DNA from: Seison nebaliae
Lineage: Eukaryota
Direction of reading: 5' to 3'
Length of the DNA: 64,000 bases
Assembly: GCA_023231475.1 (NCBI GenBank)
Contig: JALJEE010000927.1
Span: forward strand, 62,001-126,000
Part shown: piece by piece, positions 40,615-53,486 of the stretch
How positions within the stretch are numbered: the first letter of the stretch is position 1
Layout: every line of letters starts with the position of its first letter
Position numbers and translations under genes: made by a program
Notes under the pieces: generated by a model
The model's database searches: none
Told to the model about the DNA's origin: nothing
What the model saw: the letters and a program-made list of their open reading frames with translations, nothing else

Positions 40615-42840
40615 ATGTGGACTAATAAGCCAAAAACAGCAACTTCTTTCGTTCCGTCAATGGCGAGAAAAACGGAAGAAGATGATGAATGGGAAACCGA
40701 CCCAGATTTTAAAGTTTTGTTTCCAATTAAATTTGTAACGACATTACTCGTTAATAAAAGAATGAGACGAATGAAAAGGAACAACGATGGGGAGCTAAAA
40801 CGATAAAAAATTCAGGTAAACAGGAAAATATAAAGTTCTTCTTTAATTGTCAAAAGATGAAGAATAATGTTGAAGTATGGAGAAGTTGAGAGAGGAGATA
40901 ACTGAAGTTAATTTAACCAAAGAAAAAAAGAAAAAAAACGATCAAGCATTCGGTTATGGTGGAGAGTTTGGTGTGCAAGAAGACCGTTTTGATGATTGTG
41001 CCGTATCGGCAGCTTATCTACCACAATCTGAGAAACATTCCTCACAAACTGGTAATTTATTTCACTATATTAAAATTTGCTTTTATTCGATTAACTAACG
41101 ACATTGTTGGAAAAACAATTGAATGAAAATAGATTATGCTAAAGGATTTGGGGGAAAGTTCGGTATTGATGAGAATGGAAAAGATAAAAATGCTGAAAAT
41201 TTCGATTATATTCCCAAATTGAATGTACATGCGTCACAGAAAGGTTATTTGATCATTTAGGAAATTGGGAATGGATTTAATTGTTGAAGATTATGCGTTT
41301 GGTTTTGGAGGGAAGTTCGGTGTGCAGAAAGATCGTGTTGATCGTTCAGCTTGTTCATATGATGAAAGAACGAAATTAAATTTACATCCATCTCAAAAAG
41401 GTTCAATTTAATCAATGGTCGAAATTCAAATATTCATTTTACAATTATAATTGTTAGATCATAAGAAAGGTTTTGGTGGAAAATTTGGAGTTGAGAAGAA
41501 TGATGAATCAACGAAAGATGTGAGAAATATTGCTCCATTGAGTACTCATTCATCACAGAAAGATTATAGTAAAGGATTTGGTGGGAAATATGGTGTAGAA
41601 AGTGACAGAAGAGATAAATGCGCTGAAGGCTTCGATTATCAAAGTCGATTACATCAGCATGATTCACAAAAATGTTTTTAAAATTTCTTCTATTTATTTA
41701 ATTCTTATCGATTCTTCTCATTTTTTTTATAATTTCTTTAATTTTTTTTTTTCTTTTTCATTCTTACATTTAGCCAAGATAGGAGAATTGTCGTCGAATA
41801 ATGTGGGTGAAAAGAAAGAAAAATTTTTGAGAAATTTACAAGAAACAAATAATAAAAACCGTGAGGAACCATTAAGAGTGAAAGGGAAATCGATTGAACA
41901 GAAAATGAAGGAATTCAATGTCGGACAAAATACGAGAACTGAAGAAACTGTTAATCAAAAGGAGAGTATTCAATCAGAAATTGATAATTTGAAATGTTCA
42001 ATAAATCAACGAAGAAAAGAGTTTTTTTTATTTCTTTTCCAAATGTTTCATTTTATTTACCACAGATTCGAAATGAATATTAATGTACACGATGAGAAAT
42101 CATCATCAAATAACCATTCGAATGGAATAATTTCACAAAACGGTTTTAACAAGCCAATTATTGTGAAAGAGAAAATTGCAGAAATTTCAAATCACCTCAG
42201 AAAACCGATTGAAGAATGTGTTGATAAAACACCAGAAATTCTCAACAACATAAAAGAATCAGAAATCATAAAAAACGAAGCACAAACGGAAACTTCACAA
42301 AGCTTAAAAGAATCAGAAATCATTAAAGATGAAACTGAAGAGAAACCTTCAAAAACTGTAACTGTACCGGAAATTTCGAGAACTATGAAAGAGAATAAAA
42401 TTTCAGAAAAACAGTCTGAGATTGCGAAAGAAATTGAAAGGAATTTTGAAGAGATATCGTCATCTGGTAAGCATATTTATGTTAATGATCTTCCATCGTT
42501 AATTTCAAATGAAACAAAAAATAAAGAAGAAAATATTTATATGAATCTCTCACAAATTGAGAAGAAGAATTCGATTGATAATAACGAAGAAGAAAAGAAG
42601 GAAGATAGCGATGTAATATCAGAGTTCGAAGTTCGAGCACTTTATGAATTTAATGGACGAGAAGAAGATGAATTGACGTTCAAAGAAAATGATATTATCA
42701 CCAATGTAATAGAAGTTTATTTTCAATTGAACATTTGTAAATTCATAAAAATTGATTTAAAGATAGATGAGGGTTGGTGGCGAGGTCAATGTAATGGAAT
42801 AGCCGGTTTATTCCCAGCAAACTACGTAACAAAATTATAA
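40615..42840 (+). CDS. CTTN: Cortactin
   Basis: N-terminal acidic [10 protein letters not shown]; five cortactin repeats ([15 protein letters not shown]), mostly one per exon; C-terminal SH3 ([18 protein letters not shown]) completed by removing intron 42715-42762. Confidence 0.93.
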
Positions 42841-43700
42841 AATTATTTATTTATTTCTTTCTCCCATAAACATTCCATTTTTAAACGTTTTGCATTTTCA
42901 TTATAGCACGATTAAGTTCATTATATACATTCCCTTTAAATAAAATTTACGAAAAACGTAAAAAAAATGTGAGAAATTCTTTCGGTTTTTTCTCGTTGTT
43001 TTGAATTTTGTTTGAATAAGTTTTAGATGGAAATGATTTGAAGTTCAAATAAAATGTAAAGAAGAAAAATGAAACTTTTAAGTCTCCTCAGTTGGAAGAA
43101 GTTGACAACTAAAATTTTCTTTTTTCTTTCTTATTTTCTCCTTTTCGATTACTACTACTGCGTTTTCTTCAACTATACTCTCTAATTATGTATCGGAACT
43201 TCATTCTATTCTATATCTATTTAAACTGTTTCATTTTTATTTCATTCTTAACTAAAACTTATCCTAGGCTTTTCTAAAACTTTTAGTGGTTACTCGTTTG
43301 ATCCTATAGAATCTTTCATTTTTCTGGCATTTTTCCTTTAGAAACTAGCGTTTACCGAATAATTCGAGGTAAAGTTTATAATTAGATGATTTTTTTAAAA
43401 ATGAAATGTTTTAGGTAAAAGAGATGTGGAAAAATTAAATACTACCGATAAATCATGGGAAAGAAAGTCGTTTGACAAAGGTTTCTTTTTAAAATTCAAA
43501 CAATTTGTTTATTTCCTTAAGAAATTGTTAAATTGATAAAAAATGCGGAAATTAAAACGGAACGAAGTTTTTTTCCTTTCCATTTAGTGATTCTGTTAAT
43601 TTTCAATAATCAAAGATAATGATAAGAAAAAATTAGACGAATTGTTGAAGCGTTAAATTTCTTAATATACTCCATTCTTATACTTCCTCACTTTCCTCAG

Positions 43701-44358
43701 TTCCCAAGAATAAATATGACAAACATGGAAATCTTTTACTCATTCCAACAGAATTAGTTAAACGACTTGATAAATATCGGGAACAACTTTCTATGAATCG
43801 AATGTTGTTTTATGCTGAAAAATCGACATTGAATAATATTAAAACTCGAATTCTCAAGGAAGAGAAAAGTCGAAATTTGCATAACTATCGGTCGAAAATT
43901 TTGGGCTCTGCGTTGGTAGATGAAGTTCCATTTTCTCCATTTTCCACACATTCTACCTTTGTTAAGGATGTGAATAAAATGAAAAATAAAGCATCCGAAA
44001 GACATCGTGTTGATAATCTTAAACAGAAATTACATGACGAGAATCTCAAACTCAACAATTCTAATGAATTGATCAAGAAAGATTTACATAACTTAAAACT
44101 TGAAACGGGAATCGTCGGTAAGAGATTAGCTGCGATCAACACTTACACGAAATATATTAATAAAATTCAAGAAATATTAAACTTATATGGACGAAATCTG
44201 GAGAATCAAGGATTCTTTAACAAGTTAACTATTTGAAAAAAGATTGTAATAAAAGAATCATTTGAAGAACAAATGAAAAAACAAAAGAATTTTCTAAAAC
44301 TATAAATAATCGAGTTGAAGATGCCACGAGATACACTCTATCAATACTGAAAAGTTGA
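43701..44358 (+). CDS. Orphan coiled-coil protein, 5' end unresolved
   Basis: Open frame from an acceptor at 43700 through ORF 43793; intron 44224-44267 adds a last exon ending ILKS*. Confidence 0.45.
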
Positions 44359-44438
44359 TCTTCTATCAAATCTCAATTTCTCGAATAATTTAATGGAAAT
44401 TTGAGAGTTTCGTTAAGTTTTTTAGTTGTTAATAAATT

Positions 44439-45322
44439 TTATTGAGGTAAAATTATCTGTCGAAGGAATATATCAGAACCGTTCATAATTTTTTTTTCTT
44501 TGTCCACCACTTCCTTTATGGTTCGATTCCCATAAGTGGTCAGATCAATCTCATCTTCAGTGTATAGGACGAATCCGTTCAAATCAACTTTAAACTCTTC
44601 ACACAACTTTGATCGGACATGATTTATTGTCCAATAATTCGGGAAGAACATGTCGACTGTTTCCCTCATTTTTCCATCGATGTCTAATGAACAATGTAAA
44701 TAAATTTTGATATTTTCATCGATATTATTTGTAATTTTCCCACTACTGTTGATAAAACAACTTTTCGCTTTCGATTTGAGTCGCATCAAAGCTACTTTAA
44801 TTCCCAACGAATTCTTCTTCTTATTCTCTCGAATCTTCTTTTCAATTTTCGAATGAATATTCTTATTTTGAAGTTCCATCACTTTTTCTTTGTCATTCTT
44901 AATTTTCTCGACAGATTTCTTCATACAATCATGATCACCTGAATGACGATGTCTATAATAATGGAAGATGTCATAAACAATGAAAATTGGAGAATAATAA
45001 AATATTGGACTTGATACAAAACAATTGGGAACAATCGTGACAAGGATCAGATGTCAAATAAACTTTTCCTTTGCAATCAATTTCAGCACATCGTTCATCT
45101 CGATAAATATTCTCAATTTTTCCTTTTTCTTCATCTGATAATTCATCTTCGTATTTCCCACAACTTTCTTGGTGAATGGCAAAACAATTTTTACTAAACA
45201 AACAAATTCATCGTTTTGAGATCGTAAATAAAATTTTACCAGAATTTTTTTATACAATATTGACAATTGATGGGAAGAAAGTCTAATGTTTGACATTTCT
45301 CACAATGCTTTCCGATATCCAT
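44439..45322 (-). CDS. ZFAND1: AN1-type zinc finger protein 1
   Basis: MDIGKHCEKCQTLDFLPINCQYCIKKFC; second AN1 finger ...FCIKHRHSGDHDC; KVALMRLKSKAK and a C-terminal ubiquitin-like region; two introns. Confidence 0.88.
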
Positions 45323-45487
45323 AATTAAAGAAATTATTTTAAATTAAATTAAAAAGTTTATTAACGAATGCTGTAAAATCAAACAGAAGTGAAATTTAAT
45401 GAGAATATTTCCGGTTTTTTTTTTGAATAATGAATCCATTTGAAATGAAATCATTGTCTGACCGTTTGTCAACTAAAATCTATAAAG

Positions 45488-46282
45488 TCAATTGGAATTG
45501 TTTGTTGAATGACGTGAAATGATCGAGTTGCCTTTCTTCGATGTTTCTCCAACTGATTCGGATGTGGATGAATGAGAATAATCATATAACAATTGCTCAT
45601 AATCGGTATTGCGAACACGTTCCCTACAACGAATCATCCAATCAGGTAATGCTTCTCCATCATTATCACCCGCCCAACATCGTTGATGACGATCTTTCTC
45701 CTCATTATTATTGAGAGTATCATTATATGCATATTTACCTTTTTCCGAATGTCGTTTTCCATGAGCTTTATGATCATGTGTTCCTGTCACTCCACTTCTT
45801 TTTGTCGAATATTTCTTATCACATTTCAATTGTCCATGAGATCTCAATGTTCGTTGATTATGATTAATTCTTCTCAATTGATCGATTGTTGGAATAGGAA
45901 TTTTGTTAGCTTCACGAAATTCATGACAATCATTCGTTCGACGACAATCATTTGTCTGAGTGGAACAAACTTGTGTGAACTTCTTTCTCTCCTTCATAAA
46001 TTCCGAATCACATATCGACTGAATAGTAATCAGATGACCAAATTGCTGCTCCACTTTACTTGTCTTCTTCTCGTCGACTTTCATCGATTTCTTCTCTTCA
46101 TTCTTTTGACCTTTAGATGATTTCTTCGTTTTTTGAATAGACGCAATCGACTTCGTCATCTTCTCTTTCCTTTGTCTCTTTTTTCCAATTTGTATATCGT
46201 TCGTCATAATTCTATAAAAATTTCTCCCAAACAACTGATTTGGAGAGATGGTGTGAAGAATGAATAATTTCCTACCAGGCAA
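45488..46282 (-). CDS. Hypothetical hydrophilic protein
   Basis: 264-codon open frame in very AT-rich DNA; start uncertain; no recognised domain. Confidence 0.45.
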   Translation of the reverse strand: MPGRKLFILHTISPNQLFGRNFYRIMTNDIQIGKKRQRKEKMTKSIASIQKTKKSSKGQKNEEKKSMKVDEKKTSKVEQQFGHLITIQSICDSEFMKERKKFTQVCSTQTNDCRRTNDCHEFREANKIPIPTIDQLRRINHNQRTLRSHGQLKCDKKYSTKRSGVTGTHDHKAHGKRHSEKGKYAYNDTLNNNEEKDRHQRCWAGDNDGEALPDWMIRCRERVRNTDYEQLLYDYSHSSTSESVGETSKKGNSIISRHSTNNSN

Positions 46283-46703
46283 ACTAATGATTTAACTTAA
46301 CGAAATATAAAGTGAACAAAATTCCTTTCTTAGTTCTAATTTTCGGTTTAAACGCACTTTGAGCTTGTTCGAATTCAAGTGCGCTTAATTATCTCGAATT
46401 AGGCGGACAATAATACGGGTATTTAATTCTCGTTTATTTATCAAATGAAATACGAATGACAAATTTTAATTTTCTTTACTTTTAATTTTTTCTCATTTTT
46501 ATTTTCTTCGAGTACTAAATCTCATCTTTTCTTATCGTCATATTTCCTTGACTGATTGATATTTATCAAACAAATGAATAATCTCTTCACATTCATTATA
46601 ATTACTTGTTAGATCTCAATTACTAATTACTATTGTTTTTATTATTTTTTTTAGATCTTTCTTTGGGAAGTTGAAAATTTCTCTTCTTTTTTAAACTCTT
46701 TAG

Positions 46704-47412
46704 ATCACTTATTTTAGAACTAACCACTGCATATCTTCTACCTAAACCAACTCCAAAAGTTCCGCGGAAAAAGTTTTAATTTTAGATAAACAAAACAATA
46801 TTTCGATATTATTTTAGTCAATACAATAATTCAATTAACAATGAAATAGGAATTGAAGGAAGTATAAAAAATGAAGAGAATGAACAATTAGAAAATGTTA
46901 TACTCAATCAATTATCGGAAGGAAATGATCTCATTATCGATCCTGCAACACTTATTGAGAAAATCTTTGAACAATTTGACGATATTCATGATAATTTAGA
47001 TAGTGACATTATTACACAAAACAGTCCGATAAACGAAGACAGATATTATGTAATAAATCCAAATATAAATAATCAGATCGGTCACATGGACCTGTCAGAA
47101 AATTTGGAATCAGATACAGAGGAGCTTTCTAATAATTTGGAAGAAGCGGATATCATTGAATTTAGAAATGGAGTTTCTGATGAACCAAAAGTTCCAAATA
47201 AACGGAACATTCTCCATAAATTAAAAAATGCAAAAATCGATAATTCGAAAGAAAATAAAAAGTTTTCGAAACCTCAGAAGAAAAAAGTTCAGAAGAAGAA
47301 AATTTCAAAAAAGCATATTCAAAAGAAAAAAAATTCGAAGAAACAACATCAGAACAAGATGACACATTTAAAGTTAAAAATACAGACGACCAACACCATA
47401 ACTTTCATTTAA
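46704..47412 (+). CDS. Hypothetical acidic then Lys-rich protein, 5' end unresolved
   Basis: Frame open from 46818 to 47412; joins upstream in phase through intron 46773-46817 (GTTTTA..TAG). Confidence 0.35.
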
Positions 47413-47599
47413 TATTTTCCGTATTTAATGTTTCTGAAATAAAACGTTAATTTTTTTTATAAAATCCAAAAAATATTTTATTCATTTTTTTTAAATTTAG
47501 ACATATCATTTTACAAGAAAAAAAAAATTTCAGTAAATTTATTTGTTTATCGTTAAATTAAAAAAAATTCAGTTCACAATTGTCTTCATTCACAAAAAA

Positions 47600-47748
47600 A
47601 AGAATTCGGTCAACCCTTTTTTCCCCAATCAGAAAGTAGTCAACTCATTTTGTCAAAAATAAGAAAGTAGTAAACCCATTTTTTGTCAAAAATAAGAATG
47701 AAGTTAACCCATTTCGTCTAAAAATGAATGAAGTCAACCCACCATTTT
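47600..47748. repeat. Degenerate ~30-bp tandem repeat, about 5 copies
   Basis: Units resembling AGAAAGTAGTCAACCCATTTTGTCAAAAATA repeated with variation. Confidence 0.75.
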
Positions 47749-50700
47749 CATATAACTAAACGAAACTTTATTTTTTTAGAAGAAAAAAAATCGTCTTATT
47801 ATTTGTTCAATGTTGAAGAATGGAATCAAAGAATTTTAAATTTTAAATTTGTATATTTTTTTTAGCCACATCGAATCCGCTTTTCATTAATATCGTTGGA
47901 ACCCGGAGCAATCTTGTGTTGTCTATTTCTTGTCCATCAAATTTCCTATACTCTTTGACGACAATGCTCCCTCTTTATAGGATTCCGTTGACCAAACATT
48001 GACATTGAGTATTCTTGTATCTAAATCAATAACGAGAGTACTAACCACTTCTCTCCCATTCATAAGATTAATATAAATATATAAATAATAAATAATATCA
48101 ATATAAAAAATTAAAAGATGAACGATTATGTATAATGGTGGCGAACGATAAACATTCAAATGCAAAATATTCATAAACAACGAAAGAAGGAAATCTTATA
48201 AAAATTTGGCTTGGATTCGTTAATATGTTCTAAAAATCCCAAATAAAATGATTTCCGTAATTCAAAAAAAGAATTAACATGAAGAACATGGTGAAACTTC
48301 AATTTTTCTTTAGTGGTCAATTGATTTCATAAAGCTTATACGAATATAAAATAGAAACTATACCGTACATTAACAGAATGAGTAAAATCACAATTCTACA
48401 TATACCTTTTTGCTTGATAATTTTATCGATATAAATTCGAGATAAATTTAAAAAAATGACATCGATGATAAAAAAAAAGTAATTATCTGTCAAACTTATG
48501 TTGGAACTTCATATTGATAATACACGAACGTATTTACTTAGTCTCTCACGATTTGTATAAATTACGAATATAAATTTTTGTTTTTTTTTCAAAGGTAATA
48601 TATTAAAAAAAAATGAAAATCATTTTTTAAAATCAATAACATAGTATTGATTTAATATTGATTAACAAATAATTGATCACGATTAAATTTGAAAAAAGAA
48701 GGACGAGAAATGAAAAATGATATTCAATTTGGAAATATATTTCAAATAAAGTTTTGCGGTGAATAACAGGTTTTGTAGAAAGAATTAAAAAATTGATACA
48801 AACTTTTAAAAAAACGACCAGTCTTCTGAACATCGATATGTTTCTTGTTGATTTACGAGGAATGATTCCTATTTTTTAACGTTGTTGTTGTGAATGGATT
48901 ATTTGAGGCAGCTAATTTACATGATTCTCTCTTAATGATTTATGAATTGCAATGTCAAATCCACGATATATTCAATAAAAATGCTTCTTTTATATTTGTA
49001 TTTTTCTATCACTTAGTGACAACACGTTGGTTCGAAGATTGGGTTAAAATGAATACGAATTGACGAATGTTAACGAACAAATAAATTATGAAGTATATCA
49101 GGAAATTCGTGAAACGCATTAATAATAGGAATAAACTGTTTATACTCTTCTCATCCATCGATGGAGAAGGTGTAGTGAAAGGAAACTAGTGATTATTGAG
49201 GAAAATTGGAAATAATTTAAAATAATTTAAATACACTTGCACGAACAAATAGGTATAGTTGATGAAAAATCGATGAAATTGGAACGAAACTTGTTAGATT
49301 ATTGAGAACTCAAATGAGACGTCGTTATTCAATGAAACGGTACAGAACTGAATATTATTTTTATATGCATCAGTAGTATTCTTTGAGGATGTAATTGAAC
49401 TATTATTAAAATGGATCTTCTTATTGTACAATTAAAATTCAATCAATTGACATATGGCTTCATAATTTCAATATTTCTATTTCTCATCATTTCAACATAA
49501 ATATTATTCGTATTAAATTCAACAACCACCATAATATAGATATCAGAAATTATTGATGAGATCGATGAGTGCAAAAGGAAAAGACTTTCGATAGAAATTC
49601 AAAGAATATTTCTAATAAAATCGTAATTCCATTAACGAACTAAGGAATGATTTAGAAGACGTTCTTATCTAATACCAATCAAATCTAACCAACAATTGCA
49701 TAATCCATCAAAATTAACTGACTGATGTCTTGGTCATACAAAATCCTTTTTTTAAATTTTATCGCCCAAATTTTTTTTGTTAAATCATTTGTCATATTAT
49801 ATTACAAAAGTTGAAGATATGCAAAAAAACCTTTAGAACCAGCGTAGAGAAACCATTTTTAATAAAAATAGTATTCCTTTTTGTAAATTATTCTAATTGT
49901 AATTATTAGTTGCGTCATATATTGTATAGAATTGATTAGAGATGTAACGTATTATAATTTCATATGTGGAGAATTTTTTGAAAAAACTTTTCAAAAGGTA
50001 TCACTATTTACCAGAATTCCTTACCAAATCCGATCACAAAAATTATTTTTACGAATTCCTTATCAGATTGTTTAAAACATTCCTTATTCGAAGTCGAATA
50101 TTAAATTACGATTTCAGTGACTTATTTTGGTGGGAAAGATTATGTTTGAGATTCTCAAATTTTACTTCGTTTCATGAACATATTTTTAGACATGGTGTCA
50201 CAGTCGCACATAGAACATTAAATGAAAGTTTTACAAATATAAAATAAAATGAATAACTTACCGTAACTAACTTACTTCATAACTAACTTAACATATTAAG
50301 GAATAACTTAATTTTGAGAGATGTGAGAAGAGAACTAATATAGTAAAACGAATTGATCACTTGGGAATTAATCGAACAAATAAAAATAATTAGTTGACCT
50401 GAATAATGATAATGATAATGGGAAATAATGATTAGAATTAAGAAAAGGGATTTATACTAAATCTTCTTCTATTAGACCTTCTACTCTTCTATTATATTAA
50501 TGATAAAGTTAAGTAGGAATAGTGCAGGAAATTAGATATATCTTCTTATCTTCTACAAGTAGATTAAATTGTTATTGGAATTATATTTATTGGATTATAG
50601 TACGATATTCACAGTAGATTACAGTTACAGGATAGTCGTGCGATTTTGTTTTTGTTAATAATAAGAATAAAATTTAGAAAGATCTGAAGAATTTCTGATA

Positions 50701-53486
50701 TTAGCTGAATTGAAAGGAACACAAATGGCGTCCACACCATCTCACCACAACAAATGTTGACATTAATTTTCACCAAGGAAAGGAAAAGAATATCGAATAT
50801 GCTTGCTTCCATCGTGAAAAGAGAATATGTGTATGATCTGATAATACAATTGAATATAAGACTTTTGAGATTATGAAGAAGACGAGAACCATTAGATGAG
50901 AGGAGAAACCAATAGGAAAATGTAATAATTCCACAAAATGAAAATTAGAATAGAAATGTTCTCGATGCTGATGATGTACAGACGTTATTATTTTTTACAG
51001 CGATTCTTGTGACAACATAGAATCACAATGAGGAATAAATGAAGAAACAATAAATCTCCACAATAACATTCACTACTAATTCCTGAGAATTGTGAAAATT
51101 GAAGATAGTACGTAGAAATGGATGACAGGGAACCTTTTCAAATAATCTGGTGAAAGATCGGTGGAAGTAAATCCCGTATATAAGGACAATTGACGATTAA
51201 TTCATATAACACGACAAACGGTGAAATGTGTTCTTTTGATGATATTCTCTTTAATACCATTCTATGAAGATTTGAAACTTATGGAAATATTGTTGACGGT
51301 ATCATCTTGCGACATAAAAACAACTTCACTTATTTTTTCACTTATTTTCTTTTAGCTTTTATCGAAACTTTTATCGAAACTTCAATTAACTGGTAAACAA
51401 CAAAATTTAGACTGGTTCGTTTTCATCACGTTTTCGTAAAATTTCACTTTCATAACAGAACGATTAAGGATTATCAACTTATAACTTCAAAAAAAGATTT
51501 GCATATTGTTAAGAAATAGAACAGAAGACATCCAGAAATTCATCATCCAAATTATCCCAAAATTGTCATTACCCAAAAATGTGTCCGTTTAAATAATCAC
51601 ACCATTAATTTCCGAAGTCAGATACATATTATCCTTTTAACATTTTTTGTATTATTCTACTGTTTTATCTTCTTTTATTCACCGATTCTCTACCATTCAC
51701 CCAATTAAAATGAAACCATAAAGACATTATTGACAAATATATTTTGTTCAACACCAAATCATAATTTTGATGATGTCAACGCTAATCATGGAACTTCGTC
51801 AATATCCGGAATACATAATGTTGTATATAAAGAGATGGAATGACGTTCATTGGAATATTTCAATAACCACAAAACATTTCATCACATTCTTCTTAATTTA
51901 ATTCAGATAACAGTCAACTGTTCGTCAGTTAGTTCATACAACTCTTTTGTATATAACCATATAACATATAACCAACAGGTTAGGAAAATGGGAATTTGAT
52001 GGAATAGTATTATATATAGAAAACTGGAATATAGATAACATCGATTGTACGGTTCTATTTAGGTTCTGCAATTCTTTGGACATGTATCAACTGTAATGTC
52101 ATTGGAATTCTTATTAAAATAAATATGCGTTGATTTCAAAGATGGAGAAATCTTATTGGAAAATCCCAAAAATGTGACGATATTCTTCTTATCGTTAAAG
52201 ATGGTAGTAATTTAATTTAGGATGCCTGTTAACTAATTAACATCAGTAGTGAAATTGAAATCTTATGAGATACATTCTTATGTTTCATTTCCAAACCGAT
52301 ATCATATTTTGATCGATATTTCGTATTCTCTTGTATGGACGGACTGATGAAATGACGAATGAAATTTTGAAGACACTCTATCTATCTATCTATTTTTTAC
52401 AATACTTTTCTCCCATCGTTCTCGAACATCATTCTTCACAACCATTATATTTTCAACTTTTTTCTAAATACCACAACATTTTTATACGCGAAGACAACCA
52501 TCAGAAATTTTATATACCATGTGATTTCATTATTACTTTAGGAATGATGTTATATAATTCGAATTGTATCCTCAGAAGGTCGAATCTAATTCAAAATTCT
52601 TCTTTCCCTTTTACTCGATATTTCACTTAATAATTTTTGGTTTGTTTTGTCAAATTTAAAAGTGTCTTCACATTCAAATATTAATAATTGGAATTTCATC
52701 GATACTGATGGGAAAAAACCATATATGACGGTAAATCTTTCCCCACATGAAAACAAGATAAGAACTCAATTTTTTGATAACCTGTTGATGTTTGTGGGAA
52801 AAAAGAAAATTTGATAATGATAGAGAATAATCGATTTATGGATTATTCACCGCAAAACAATATTTGTACATATTTCCAAAATTGAATATCATAAAAGAAA
52901 GAGAATGGACAAGAAAAATAAGAGAATTTTTTTTATAATAATTTCAACATACAAAAAAGATGATTTGAAAAGAAAAATCAGGAGAACAAAATTCAATGAG
53001 CACAAATATATATTGATTAGATAAATCTTATATGATATGCACACACATGAATTTAATGGAATTGAAAACTATAAAGTAATTAATGAAGAGGATAGATGAA
53101 ATTAAGAAGAATCCATTATGATAATTAGATCATCGTTTGCAATTCAATAATTTCTTTGATTAAAAAATAAATTACACAATCAAATGAAAAGTATATTTTT
53201 CTTACCAGAAAAATTTCATAATAATTCAATAAAAATTGAAGGATTATTGACGAGACTGGAAGAATGAAGAGCAAAAATAATAAGAGAAATAATTGTAATA
53301 AGAGAAATGACTTCGGATATAAATAGAACAGAGTGGAGAAATGATGAAGATGATATAGAACGATAATATAATTTGTTATTGTTTCCATATATATATATTA
53401 TGATATATTTATAGGTGTGCGCGTTTGTATGCAAGATAATGACGGTGATAATGAAATTAGATGAGATATAGATGAGATATATGAGT

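Noticed and set aside
42252..42351. Duplicated KESEIIK segment in cortactin
   Set aside because: Ordinary short duplication in the variable linker region.
47600..47748. CRISPR array
   Set aside because: Units are degenerate and adjacent with no unique spacers, there are no cas genes, and the context is eukaryotic.
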